NCBI GenBank assembly: GCA_003176075.1 | Contig: PSRN01000280.1 | Span: 1 to 47,365, forward strand | Reading direction: 5' to 3' | DNA length: 47,365 bases | From: Bdellovibrio sp. | Lineage (GTDB): Bacteria; Bdellovibrionota; Bdellovibrionia; Bdellovibrionales; Bdellovibrionaceae | In this document: positions 8,002 through 16,489 of the stretch, piece after piece | Layout of the letters: every line of letters begins with the position of its first letter | Position numbering within the stretch: position 1 is the stretch's first letter | The notes under the pieces: generated by a model | Seen by the model: only the letters and a program-made list of their open reading frames with translations | The model's database searches: none | Told to the model about the DNA's origin: nothing | Program-made: the position numbers and the translations under genes

Positions 8002-8402
8002 AAATTGTTGATGCGTCCGTCGCGCTGAAATGGTTTGTGAATGAACCCATCGGTCAAGAGGCCGCCGACGAAGTCTTAAAGGAAATTGAGAATCATCCGA
8101 ATTTCTTTGCCGTTCCCGAGCTCTTTTTTGCTGAGATGATCCACGTACTCTGCAGAGTATTCCGAAATAAAAGCAAGGTGCAAGAGAGCCTCACGATACT
8201 TGAGACTTTGGGTTTGGAAAGAATCGGCTTGGGGCATGAGCTTCTTCAAGCAGCGGCTGAAATATCCCTTGCATACAAGGTCAGCGGCTACGATGCCATA
8301 TACATCGCCACTGCCCAATTGGTGAATGGCCAATGGCACACATTTGATATCGAGGCCCATCGAAAAATCGCGCCTTTGAAACTTTCCCGGGTTCTTCAGT
8401 AA
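7998..8402 (+). CDS. vapC: PIN-domain toxin VapC
   Basis: The protein starts MKIVDASVALKW (N-terminal Asp), with acidic residues at ELFFAEM and SGYDAIYIATA. It is 134 aa and translationally coupled to the antitoxin. Confidence 0.8.
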   Translation: MKIVDASVALKWFVNEPIGQEAADEVLKEIENHPNFFAVPELFFAEMIHVLCRVFRNKSKVQESLTILETLGLERIGLGHELLQAAAEISLAYKVSGYDAIYIATAQLVNGQWHTFDIEAHRKIAPLKLSRVLQ

Positions 8403-8545
8403 TTCCCAGACCGACATCATATTGGCACTGTTCCCAAAATGGCGCTACCTGATCAGGTAATGGTCATGCAGGTTCACAGAAATTGACGACCCTCAGCGAC
8501 CGAGTGAGCTCTTAAGGCATCGGAACTAATCTTGCATTATTTGAA

Positions 8546-8917
8546 ATGACAATGAGACACAATGCCTACTTTTGCGCTTTTATCTTAGTGTTCAACGTTT
8601 ATGGCACAAGTGTTTTCGCAATTCTTGAATTCCCGGATGACGCAAAAAAATCGCTCGCGACGAAGATGTGTAATGAAGTCTTCGTCGGCACCTCGCCAAA
8701 CTATGCGCGGGCATATTTAAACAGCCACCCCCACAGCAACCTCCTGATTCTTAGGCCTGGCGCCGAAATTTCATATCCTTTCAAAGATCGTGTTCGAGTC
8801 GAAGATTTACGGATTATCTTGAGCGACGAAAGCAGTTTTCCGGCGATCGCGGAGGTTTTCCCAGAAGGACATAGCAAGGCAGAAGGATATCGCGGATCGT
8901 CTGAACGCGGCCCATAA
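8546..8917 (+). CDS. Hypothetical secreted protein, possibly the 5' part of a frameshifted gene
   Basis: The signal peptide is MTMRHNAYFCAFILVFNVYGTSVFA. It lies in the AT-rich islet. Confidence 0.4.
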   Translation: MTMRHNAYFCAFILVFNVYGTSVFAILEFPDDAKKSLATKMCNEVFVGTSPNYARAYLNSHPHSNLLILRPGAEISYPFKDRVRVEDLRIILSDESSFPAIAEVFPEGHSKAEGYRGSSERGP

Positions 8918-8948
8918 GAACGGCCTTTCCTCGCTTTCCCTCAGCGAA

Positions 8949-9350
8949 TTGCTTCCGGAAGCTGCCGCCCGTCTTACAAACCAAAAGGCCGAGTTCGAAG
9001 CGAACTGTTTAAACGCAACTTTAATATGGCATCTTCCCGATTTCAAAATTTTTGTAACTAGATGGCAAGAGTTCGGAGATATGCTTGACGAAAATTTCAC
9101 TAAAGTTTCTCCTGACGAAGCTCTACATTTTGGAGATATCATCGCTATCAGTCACACTGGACTTAGACACCAGTTTATGCATGCGATGATCTACATTAAT
9201 CCCGATTACGTTTGGCATAAAAATTCGATGTTTCTAGATGACCCTTGGACCTTTGAGCCGTTCGATCAGGCCCTGAAATACTGGAACAAGCAACTCGAAA
9301 ACCGGATTGTCGTCAGCGTGCATCGTAAAAAAGTGCCCCACCCCAGATAA
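8949..9350 (+). CDS. Hypothetical protein, start uncertain
   Basis: The frame is open from 8823 with no ATG before residue ~44 of the track ORF. The segment GDIIAISHTGLRHQFMHAMIYI loosely resembles the His region of papain-like amidases (weak). Confidence 0.4.
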   Translation: MLPEAAARLTNQKAEFEANCLNATLIWHLPDFKIFVTRWQEFGDMLDENFTKVSPDEALHFGDIIAISHTGLRHQFMHAMIYINPDYVWHKNSMFLDDPWTFEPFDQALKYWNKQLENRIVVSVHRKKVPHPR

Positions 9351-9499
9351 TTACGGAGAGGGTGCGAACAGTGACAATTCCCGCGCATTGTCTTGAAACT
9401 TGTCACCGGACTTGCCCTCACGCCTGAGCAATGCCGCAACCGTTTTGGCCCTGATTTTGCCTTTCATTTTCCTGGGTTCTTATATTCCTTGGAGGATTC

Positions 9500-10630
9500 A
9501 TGAAAAAATACTTCGGTTGGTCAGGCGCGATCCACGCTGCGATTTTCGCGGCCATCATTTACTTTTGTGCCACTTACGATTTCTCGCACAATCCGTTCAC
9601 ATCAACCCAGAACGCCACCCCGGTTGCCGTAGAACCCCAAGCACCCCAAGCACCGGCCGCAACCGTCGCTGGGACCCCTGCAGCTCCTGGCACCCCCGCA
9701 GCTCCTGCCGATGAATTAAAAAGTGAAGTGAAAAATGAAGTGAAAAAAGATGAACCCGCCAGTGCCTCCGCCAACACCTCCAAGGAAAATTCGACCAAAG
9801 AAGATTTAATAACCCCGGCCAAAACCAGCCCGGTTCCGCTCGTCAAGAGCAGCAAACCCAAACGGCCCGGTAAATTCATCGCCAAGACTTTGCCTAAAGC
9901 GAAGGCCCGCGCGAAAGAAGCGAAGCCCCTGCACGGCGTGGCCGAAGAGGGCATCAGCCAAGCCAAAGAAGAGATGGTTCAAAACAATGAAGTTCCGTCC
10001 AAAGTTGAAGACAAGGCCACCGAAACTACCGCCGCCACTAACACCGCCACTACCGCCGACACTCCAGCCCCAGTGAATCAAGCAGTGGAGCAGAAACCCG
10101 TCGAAGAAAAAGCCGCTGCCACCCAACCAGCTGAAGATCCTCGCCGCGAACAAAAGCTGGCCCTCTTAGCTCGCTTGCGAGCCGAAAACGACCAAGCCGA
10201 GGCCGCCATGAAAAATGGGACGGATCAACAGGCTGAACAGAAGGCCGCCGCGCAAGGCGGAGGATCCGGCAACACGAACGCCAACCCCGAGGTTCGTGGT
10301 CTCAGAGATTTACAGCAACAACCTGGTAACCCGATTCCGGCTTACAGCGAAGACGACCGCCTGAACAACCGCCAAGGAACCGTGATCTTCAACGGCTTCG
10401 TAAATACAGAAGGAAAACTGGAAAAATTTGAGTTGGTTCAATCTTCTGGATTTCGCAGCCTTGATGGAAAAACCCTTAAGGCCCTTAAACAATGGCGCTT
10501 TCTTCCGGGTCAATCCGGCTGGGTGGAGTTGCTTTTCCGTTGGGACTTGAAGGGCGGCGCAAACCAAATGCCTTCAGGTTTGCGTAACAAACAGGCTACC
10601 GAAGCATCACCTGCTAACCAAGCACGCTAA
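9500..10630 (+). CDS. tonB: Energy transducer TonB
   Basis: GGAGG lies 5 nt before the ATG. It has an N-terminal TM helix, a Pro/Ala/Lys/Glu-rich linker and a C-terminal TonB domain (NPIPAYSEDDRLNNRQGTVIFNGFVNTEGKLEKFELVQSSGFRSLDGKTLKALKQWRFLPG). Confidence 0.85.
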   Translation: MKKYFGWSGAIHAAIFAAIIYFCATYDFSHNPFTSTQNATPVAVEPQAPQAPAATVAGTPAAPGTPAAPADELKSEVKNEVKKDEPASASANTSKENSTKEDLITPAKTSPVPLVKSSKPKRPGKFIAKTLPKAKARAKEAKPLHGVAEEGISQAKEEMVQNNEVPSKVEDKATETTAATNTATTADTPAPVNQAVEQKPVEEKAAATQPAEDPRREQKLALLARLRAENDQAEAAMKNGTDQQAEQKAAAQGGGSGNTNANPEVRGLRDLQQQPGNPIPAYSEDDRLNNRQGTVIFNGFVNTEGKLEKFELVQSSGFRSLDGKTLKALKQWRFLPGQSGWVELLFRWDLKGGANQMPSGLRNKQATEASPANQAR

Positions 10631-10637
10631 CTTTAAC

Positions 10638-10769
10638 CTACTCGTCGCCGAACAGTTTTTTGGGCGATGGCGTGGTTCCATAATTCGCCAGCTTATTTTT
10701 TCGCTTGCGCCCGGTTCGTTGATCTCTTCGAATGCGCTTAATTTCGGTCGCTCGTGTTTTTGATGCCAT
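10638..10769 (-). CDS. Small basic protein (43 aa), below the ORF-track size cutoff
   Basis: Hand translation gives MASKTRATEIKRIRRDQRTGRKRKNKLANYGTTPSPKKLFGDE-stop. GGAGA lies 7 nt upstream of the ATG. It is on the same strand as the OMP gene and 60 nt downstream of it. Confidence 0.5.
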   Translation of the reverse strand: MASKTRATEIKRIRRDQRTGRKRKNKLANYGTTPSPKKLFGDE

Positions 10770-10829
10770 AAGCTATCTCCGCTCTCTAGTGTCGCCTTGG
10801 TGCTGTACGCCGTTGTGCAAAAGGACCGG

Positions 10830-11684
10830 CTACCAAATGGGGACCGACAAGTCAACCGAATGCCGGGGATCGGTCCCATCGGGACCCTGGATGTTTTGAA
10901 ATGCGTAATGAATTCCGAATCTGGGACCCCCAAAACCCGCCCCCGCGGAAGCGATATTTTGCGCCAACTCCGAATTGTGGGACACACCAACGCGAAAAAT
11001 CAACCAGCGATTCCAGTAATTCTCTAAACCAAAGGCGACGGTGGGTCGGCCAAAGGAGTTATTGCCTTCGCTGATCACATCGAGCTTGGCGCGCATAACG
11101 GTGCGAAAATTGTAGCTGAGACCCAGAGAGGTCGAGGGGCTCAAGCGATCCGGCTCGGGCGTCGCGTTGGACGGCGGAAGTATATTCTCCAGCACCAGGG
11201 CCACGCTTAATTCTTTGTTGATCGCCACCATGGTTCCCGCGAACATGTTGAGCTGCTGGGTGGTGGAAGTGAATTCACTTTGCGCCATCCGATAAGCCAG
11301 ACCAAGGCCCAGGGCATTGCGACCCACAATGAAATTTCCAACTCCCAAGCGAAGGTCTTTGCGGACGCCGGCGGTTCCGTTTTCCTCATGCTTCTCTTGC
11401 ACGAAGGCCAGGGTGGTTGGAATGACCGTCTCAGGCAAATTGTCGGTTAGAGCCAAAGCCAACACATCAGACCCTTGCGGATTGCTCGACCGCAGGACCG
11501 AGTACCCCATGCCGAAGTAGTACCCCGGCGAATAGGGGAGCGCTGCCGGGTTGAGAAAGGGCGTATCCAGCGGCTCCACCGCCGCCCTGCCGGTGCCAGC
11601 ACTCGCGGCCGAAATTGAACTCACATGGACTTGGGCTTGGGCCCCGGGGACCATCAAGCCAAAAAAGAGCAAAAAAATCGTCAT
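10830..11684 (-). CDS. Outer-membrane beta-barrel protein
   Basis: ATG at 11684 gives the signal peptide MTIFLLFFGLMVPGAQA. Alternating beta-strand-like segments and the C-terminal ...VDLSVPIW are typical of OMP barrels. Confidence 0.65.
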   Translation of the reverse strand: MTIFLLFFGLMVPGAQAQVHVSSISAASAGTGRAAVEPLDTPFLNPAALPYSPGYYFGMGYSVLRSSNPQGSDVLALALTDNLPETVIPTTLAFVQEKHEENGTAGVRKDLRLGVGNFIVGRNALGLGLAYRMAQSEFTSTTQQLNMFAGTMVAINKELSVALVLENILPPSNATPEPDRLSPSTSLGLSYNFRTVMRAKLDVISEGNNSFGRPTVAFGLENYWNRWLIFRVGVSHNSELAQNIASAGAGFGGPRFGIHYAFQNIQGPDGTDPRHSVDLSVPIW

Positions 11685-11860
11685 GGGGTATAGCCTCGTC
11701 AAAAAATCCTAACGGGGCTGGATCAAAAGTCAACGAACCGTCTGGCACTCCCCCGCAGAGCTTATGATTATAAGAGTAGTTGAAAAAAAGCGTGTATTTA
11801 CAGATTGTTAGAAATCGAGACAGGGGTGTGATAAAACAATTTAGATGCAAGGAGACCTTT

Positions 11861-12025
11861 ATGGAAAAAAAGAAGCATGGTCCTAATAAAGGTGCCGCAA
11901 AAAAGTGGGCCGAGAAATTGGAAAAACTCGGCGAAAAGGCGCCTCCTGAAGATTTATTGAAGATCGTGAACAAATCAGATCAATCAAAAAAGGTAGCCAA
12001 GCCGAGTAAGGACATCGCAGTCTAA
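11861..12025 (+). CDS. Small Lys-rich protein (54 aa), putative partner of the downstream PIN-like protein
   Basis: AAGGAG lies 7 nt before ATG 11861, so the ORF-track start at 11780 is over-extended. The sequence is MEKKKHGPNKGAAKKWAEKLEKLGEKAPPEDLLKIVNKSDQSKKVAKPSKDIAV. Its stop overlaps the next start (TAATG). Confidence 0.55.
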   Translation: MEKKKHGPNKGAAKKWAEKLEKLGEKAPPEDLLKIVNKSDQSKKVAKPSKDIAV

Positions 12026-12807
12026 TGCGTGTTCTTAAGGGACTTGGGCAACTAAAAACTTTTCTCGACCAGGTCAACTGTAGCAATGGCTGCCTTGCCG
12101 ACACAGGATTCCTGTATGGGATGTCATACAAAGACGACAGGTTCTACCCTCAAGCGCTTGAAGTCTCCATGATCTTAGAGGAAAATAATATTCCGATTCA
12201 CACGAACGTCGTAGGCCGCTTGGAGTTCGTTGATCTCATATTTCGGAAGATGATTACTCGCGGGGTAGCTAAGCTGTACAAATTTATGGACCCCCACACG
12301 CAAAACAGAACGCTGTTTAATCTAGCTAAAAATATTCGCGATCAAGAAGTCAGTGCGAGGAGAAACCGACGCTCGTATAAAATTGGGGAAGGCAAACTTA
12401 AAGAAATTCGAAGGGAACTCGTTGCCGTTTCTGGCGAAGCTGGGTGGAAAGCGTTTTGTACCACTTATGTCGGGGACATTCTCGGCAATGAGTGGCGAAT
12501 CTTGGAAGAGGACTTTGGGTTATTTTTTATAGAGATGATAGAAGGTCAAACCTCCGACTTGGTACCACGTCCACTTCTGTGGAACGAAATGGTGGGGACG
12601 ATGGGGAGGTTTGGCATTCGCGGTCCAGATGCGATGATTCTCAACCTTTTTATGTCCTCTAGCCTAAGTCTTTTGATTACTTCAGATAATGACTTCAACT
12701 TCTCTGAAATTGAAGACTCATCCCTTGAAGATAAGGCGGTCCTCATTCTCGAAGAATCATTGCCTGATCAAACATATTTGAATGAACTCAAGAGCGAGGA
12801 GAATTAA
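12025..12807 (+). CDS. Extended PIN-like protein (260 aa)
   Basis: PIN-like landmarks are CLADTGFLYG near the N-terminus, GRLEFVDL, PDAMILNL and LLITSDNDF near the C-terminus. About 110 extra residues are inserted between them. Confidence 0.5.
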   Translation: MRVLKGLGQLKTFLDQVNCSNGCLADTGFLYGMSYKDDRFYPQALEVSMILEENNIPIHTNVVGRLEFVDLIFRKMITRGVAKLYKFMDPHTQNRTLFNLAKNIRDQEVSARRNRRSYKIGEGKLKEIRRELVAVSGEAGWKAFCTTYVGDILGNEWRILEEDFGLFFIEMIEGQTSDLVPRPLLWNEMVGTMGRFGIRGPDAMILNLFMSSSLSLLITSDNDFNFSEIEDSSLEDKAVLILEESLPDQTYLNELKSEEN

Positions 12808-12853
12808 GAAGCTTAGGTTAGGATCGAATTCCGATCGTCAAACTCACTACGAG

Positions 12854-14443
12854 CTATTCCCGGCGGTAGCACAAACTCACAAAAGCGGGACATTCCTTTT
12901 GCAATTGACCGTTGTTGGGATTGATCCCGCAGCTCACGTTAACTCCCCCTTCAACGCCGGACTGGGTGTAAAAGATGTACTGGCTGGGATCAAAATCGCC
13001 GGATTGGTAACAAGTTCCAACCCCACGGACAGTGTTGCGCGGGACCGCGCACATGTACTCGGGATTGGTGTTGAGCTCCCAATACTCCGCCGGCAAAAAT
13101 CGGCGTGCAACTTCGAGCCGCAACCGGGCCCGACCGCCATCCTGAGAATAGTTGAGCGTGCCGGGCTTCGAACCATCGCCCAGCTCCTGCGGTGGACAAG
13201 CGATGCGAACCCCCGGGATAATGGGCGCCTGCGGGGTCGGCTGATAATCGTAGAATTTGTTTTTCTTGGTTGGATTCGGTTGGGGCGTCCACAGATTCAA
13301 ATCATAATCGGGATCAAAATATTTTCCTGAGACGGCATCCCGGCGATCCATATCGCGAACAATAATCAGCGAAAAACAATCCCACACTTGGCTTTCCTTG
13401 GCCGTTAAATCGGTCTCCGCCGTGGTCGAAAGGTCGACCTCTTGCACGCTATCAATCAGATCATACCGGATCGACGTGGCCGGATGAGCCACCTGATTGG
13501 GCGGAGTCGCGCCGTCCGGAAGATAATCGACCCGGCCATTCCAGTTGCGGGTCATCGTCAAGCGATAGGCGCGGCCATAAAGCTGCTTGTTGCGATCCCC
13601 TGGCGTCTCGTACTCAAACACCGTCCCATCGGACCCCGCGGGAACAAATCCCGCCATCAGCTGAAAGCTTGGCAGGTTGTTCAAGAGTTGGTCCCTTTGG
13701 TCCTCCGCCTTGATGTCCATAAGGGAAGCCTCCAGGGCCCGCTGGCCAACGTCGCCTGCCCCCGGGAAGTAATTCTGGCGCTCAAAGCCCCACGTGCTTC
13801 CCAGATCCAGACCATTGACCAGGAGGTTGGCAACGCCGGTGGCGGAAAGCGAGCTCAATGACAGCCTGCCGTTGGTGAAATCAGCCCAGGTGAAGGCCGC
13901 GTTTGACCGTTGTCGAAAGATTGAACCGGTTAAGGGTTGATCATTGTGATTGCTGCTCGCAAGGCCGTCACGCATCAGGGTCTTCAAAGTGTTTGGATCT
14001 GAAGAAGTTGAAAGTCTTCCGGCAAAAGTGGACTTGACGTAATTGACGTAGTTCGCGTTGAGACCCACACCGGCCTTCAATCGATAAGTCAACTCAGGAT
14101 CGGCAAATTTCGTGGTAAAGATGGCCGGGTACCGTTGCGCCAACACGCGGTTGTCATAGGCCCCCGCGCGGAACGTGAAAAACGGATTATCGAGATCGTC
14201 GGGCATCACCGTGCCGCCCCCGCCCGTCGTTTGTGAACAACTCATGAAGGCAATTTGATTGAAGCTGATGTCGTAGGGATAAGGCGCGGAACTGAAATTG
14301 TTGTTGGTCCCGCCGGTGAATGAAGACGGCGCATCTGAAGTTGAATCATTGCTGCCGCAGTTTTGAAAGGAAAAGAGAGTCCCAAGGCCAAAAATCAATA
14401 GGCTCGACAGCTGCATCAGCAAAGAACGCGATTTCTCATTCAT
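12854..14443 (-). CDS. Hypothetical lipoprotein (529 aa)
   Basis: GAGGGG lies 7 nt before ATG 14443. The N-terminus is MNEKSRSLLMQLSSLLIFGLGTLFSFQNCGSND (signal peptide with a Cys). I recognise no domain. Confidence 0.65.
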   Translation of the reverse strand: MNEKSRSLLMQLSSLLIFGLGTLFSFQNCGSNDSTSDAPSSFTGGTNNNFSSAPYPYDISFNQIAFMSCSQTTGGGGTVMPDDLDNPFFTFRAGAYDNRVLAQRYPAIFTTKFADPELTYRLKAGVGLNANYVNYVKSTFAGRLSTSSDPNTLKTLMRDGLASSNHNDQPLTGSIFRQRSNAAFTWADFTNGRLSLSSLSATGVANLLVNGLDLGSTWGFERQNYFPGAGDVGQRALEASLMDIKAEDQRDQLLNNLPSFQLMAGFVPAGSDGTVFEYETPGDRNKQLYGRAYRLTMTRNWNGRVDYLPDGATPPNQVAHPATSIRYDLIDSVQEVDLSTTAETDLTAKESQVWDCFSLIIVRDMDRRDAVSGKYFDPDYDLNLWTPQPNPTKKNKFYDYQPTPQAPIIPGVRIACPPQELGDGSKPGTLNYSQDGGRARLRLEVARRFLPAEYWELNTNPEYMCAVPRNTVRGVGTCYQSGDFDPSQYIFYTQSGVEGGVNVSCGINPNNGQLQKECPAFVSLCYRRE

Positions 14444-14594
14444 GGAATTGCCCCTCTGCCTTAAAGCTTATCAGACGACTTAATTGTCGCAAAGTGGCAC
14501 CATGGAGCAGTCATGAAAAGTCTCAGGTTGAGACATTGAAACCTTGTCACCATTATCTTTCAATGGGAAAAAGGTTTGGAGTATGCCATCAACT

Positions 14595-14624
14595 CCCAAG
14601 TCGGTGCCTTCGGCACTTCCGCAG
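14595..14624 (+). repeat. Hairpin element copy directly before galU
   Basis: The sequence is CCCAAGTCGGTGCCTTCGGCACTTCCGCAG. It ends 6 nt before GTG 14631. Confidence 0.8.
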
Positions 14625-14630
14625 TTGCAA

Positions 14631-15497
14631 GTGAGAAAAGCCATCATCCCGGCGGCGGGTTTGGGAACTCGGTTCCTACCGGCCACCAAGACCGTTCCCA
14701 AGGAAATGCTGACGATCGTCGACGCCCCGATTATTTTGTATGTGGTCGAGGAAGCGGTCGAAGCGGGGATCGAAGACATCATCCTGATTCAAGGCCGGGG
14801 CAAAACCGCCATCGAAGATTTTTTTGATACTTCCTACGAACTCGAGGACAAGCTTCTCCGTGACGGAAAAAGCCAACTGCTCGAACGCGTGAGCCGCGTG
14901 CGCGATCGGGCCAACATCATCAGCATTCGGCAGAAACAACCCAACGGACTGGGACACGCCGTGCTTTGTGGCTATCCCATCGTCGGCGACCAGGCTTTTG
15001 CCGTGCTTCTCGGTGATGAGATCATGATCGCGGAAACCCCCGAGCAAAACACGACCCGCCGGCTATCTCAGGTTTACAGTGAACACCAGGCCTCTTGTGT
15101 CGCCGTCATGGAGGTGGAGGCCGAAGACGTATCGAAGTACGGCGTCGCGGATGTAATTCCCATGGGCGTCGGCCTGTTTGAAGTCAGGGGATTTGTGGAA
15201 AAACCAAAGCCCGAAAAATTTCCCAGCCGTTGGGCATTGCCCGGGCGTTACGTATTTGACGGCAAAATCTTTTCTTATTTGAAAAACGCGAAAACCGGGA
15301 TCAATGGTGAAATTCAACTCACGGATTCAATGAATCTGATGGCGCAAGAACATCGGATGCTCGCCTCCACCTTTGCCGCCAAACGATTCGACGCCGGGGA
15401 TAAGTTGGGCTATCTGAAGGCCAATATCGAACTCGGCCTGCGCAACACTGAACTTCACGATGATCTCGCCCATTATCTGAAAGGTCTCGTCCCGTGA
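14631..15497 (+). CDS. galU: UTP-glucose-1-phosphate uridylyltransferase GalU
   Basis: From GTG 14631 the protein reads VRKAIIPAAGLGTRFLPATKTVPKEML, matching canonical GalU N-termini. In-frame alternatives are ATG 14583 and TTG 14544, which would translate the repeat element. Confidence 0.85.
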   Translation: MRKAIIPAAGLGTRFLPATKTVPKEMLTIVDAPIILYVVEEAVEAGIEDIILIQGRGKTAIEDFFDTSYELEDKLLRDGKSQLLERVSRVRDRANIISIRQKQPNGLGHAVLCGYPIVGDQAFAVLLGDEIMIAETPEQNTTRRLSQVYSEHQASCVAVMEVEAEDVSKYGVADVIPMGVGLFEVRGFVEKPKPEKFPSRWALPGRYVFDGKIFSYLKNAKTGINGEIQLTDSMNLMAQEHRMLASTFAAKRFDAGDKLGYLKANIELGLRNTELHDDLAHYLKGLVP

Positions 15498-16489
15498 GGG
15501 GCCTGAAGTGCTCCACGCCACTTTTATTGATCCTTTTATTGAACCTTTGGTTGCTGGGGTCGCCTCCCAGCTGGGGGTTTATTCCCGGCTCAAAATTCAT
15601 CGCCGGTCAGTGGGTGAGTCATGCGGGCAGCGGCGTCTATGTCGTTGAACAAGATGTCGTTTTTAGCAGTGGCTCTGACAGCTTGACCCTTCGTGAGATC
15701 TGGCAAGTCAATGGCGAAGGTCAAATGCGCGTGACGGTACAAGCGCCAAAAGAATGGCCTAACCACAGCGTGGGCGGTGGCAGCCAATTCACCGCCGGTG
15801 GCGGCGGCGAAGCTGCCACGGGTGTCATTCAATTTCAATCGGTGTACAACGACGGCCATAAATTTTTTGTGAATGAGCGAGGACGGCAAAGCAAAGCCCT
15901 GACCGATGATTTTGTCGAAAAGTATTTCTATGTCCGCAACCGCGACAGCTTCATCAACCACCTTTTGCGCATGAAAGTGTTGCTGCCGCTGCCACCGCCG
16001 CCGCCAGCTCCCAAAGTCGCCAAAGCAAAACTCAAGAGGGACAAGAAGGGCGACAAAAACAGGGAGCCTGATTCGGAAAAGAAGGAGTTCAACTATCCAC
16101 CGGAGGTCAATGTTCGCCTTTCACGCGTGGGGGGCTCCATCGCCTACGCGCTGGGGGTCCCATCGCCGGTGGAAGGCGAACCACTCCCCGGTTTTTGGAT
16201 CGAACAGGATCTCTTTTTTCTGCGCAAGTTCCGCCTCCCCTCGAAGGTGGAGGTTCAAGCCGACAATTACACCGCCTACGCCCATGGCCTCTCGCTTCCC
16301 CATCAGCGAACGGTGCGCTGGAATCAAAGAAGCGTCCAAATCAACATCGTCAAAGTGAACGGCCTCGGTCGAGGGACCAAGGGCAGTGAATTTTCTCCGT
16401 CTACCTTGAGTCAGCCGATCAAGTTTCAAGGTCTGCGCGATCCTGAAATCGCCCAATCGGTGGAAGAATTTTACCAGAGGTTCCGCTGA
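15494..16489 (+). CDS. Hypothetical secreted protein
   Basis: The GTG overlaps the galU stop (GTGA). The signal peptide is MRGLKCSTPLLLILLLNLWLLGSPPSWG. It contains a Pro/Lys-rich linker. Confidence 0.6.
   Translation: MRGLKCSTPLLLILLLNLWLLGSPPSWGFIPGSKFIAGQWVSHAGSGVYVVEQDVVFSSGSDSLTLREIWQVNGEGQMRVTVQAPKEWPNHSVGGGSQFTAGGGGEAATGVIQFQSVYNDGHKFFVNERGRQSKALTDDFVEKYFYVRNRDSFINHLLRMKVLLPLPPPPPAPKVAKAKLKRDKKGDKNREPDSEKKEFNYPPEVNVRLSRVGGSIAYALGVPSPVEGEPLPGFWIEQDLFFLRKFRLPSKVEVQADNYTAYAHGLSLPHQRTVRWNQRSVQINIVKVNGLGRGTKGSEFSPSTLSQPIKFQGLRDPEIAQSVEEFYQRFR

Noticed and set aside
9393-9407. Shared 15-16-nt string TTGAAAC(C)TTGTCACC about 100 nt upstream of both tonB (9393-9407) and galU (14536-14551)
   Set aside because: There are only two copies. 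The galU copy can be read as TTGAAA-17-TTCAAT, but the tonB copy has no matching -10. I cannot judge significance without a genome-wide count.
9401-9416. Sigma-54-like TGTCAC-N5-TTGC upstream of tonB
   Set aside because: The invariant GG of the -24 element is GT here, so it is probably not an RpoN promoter.
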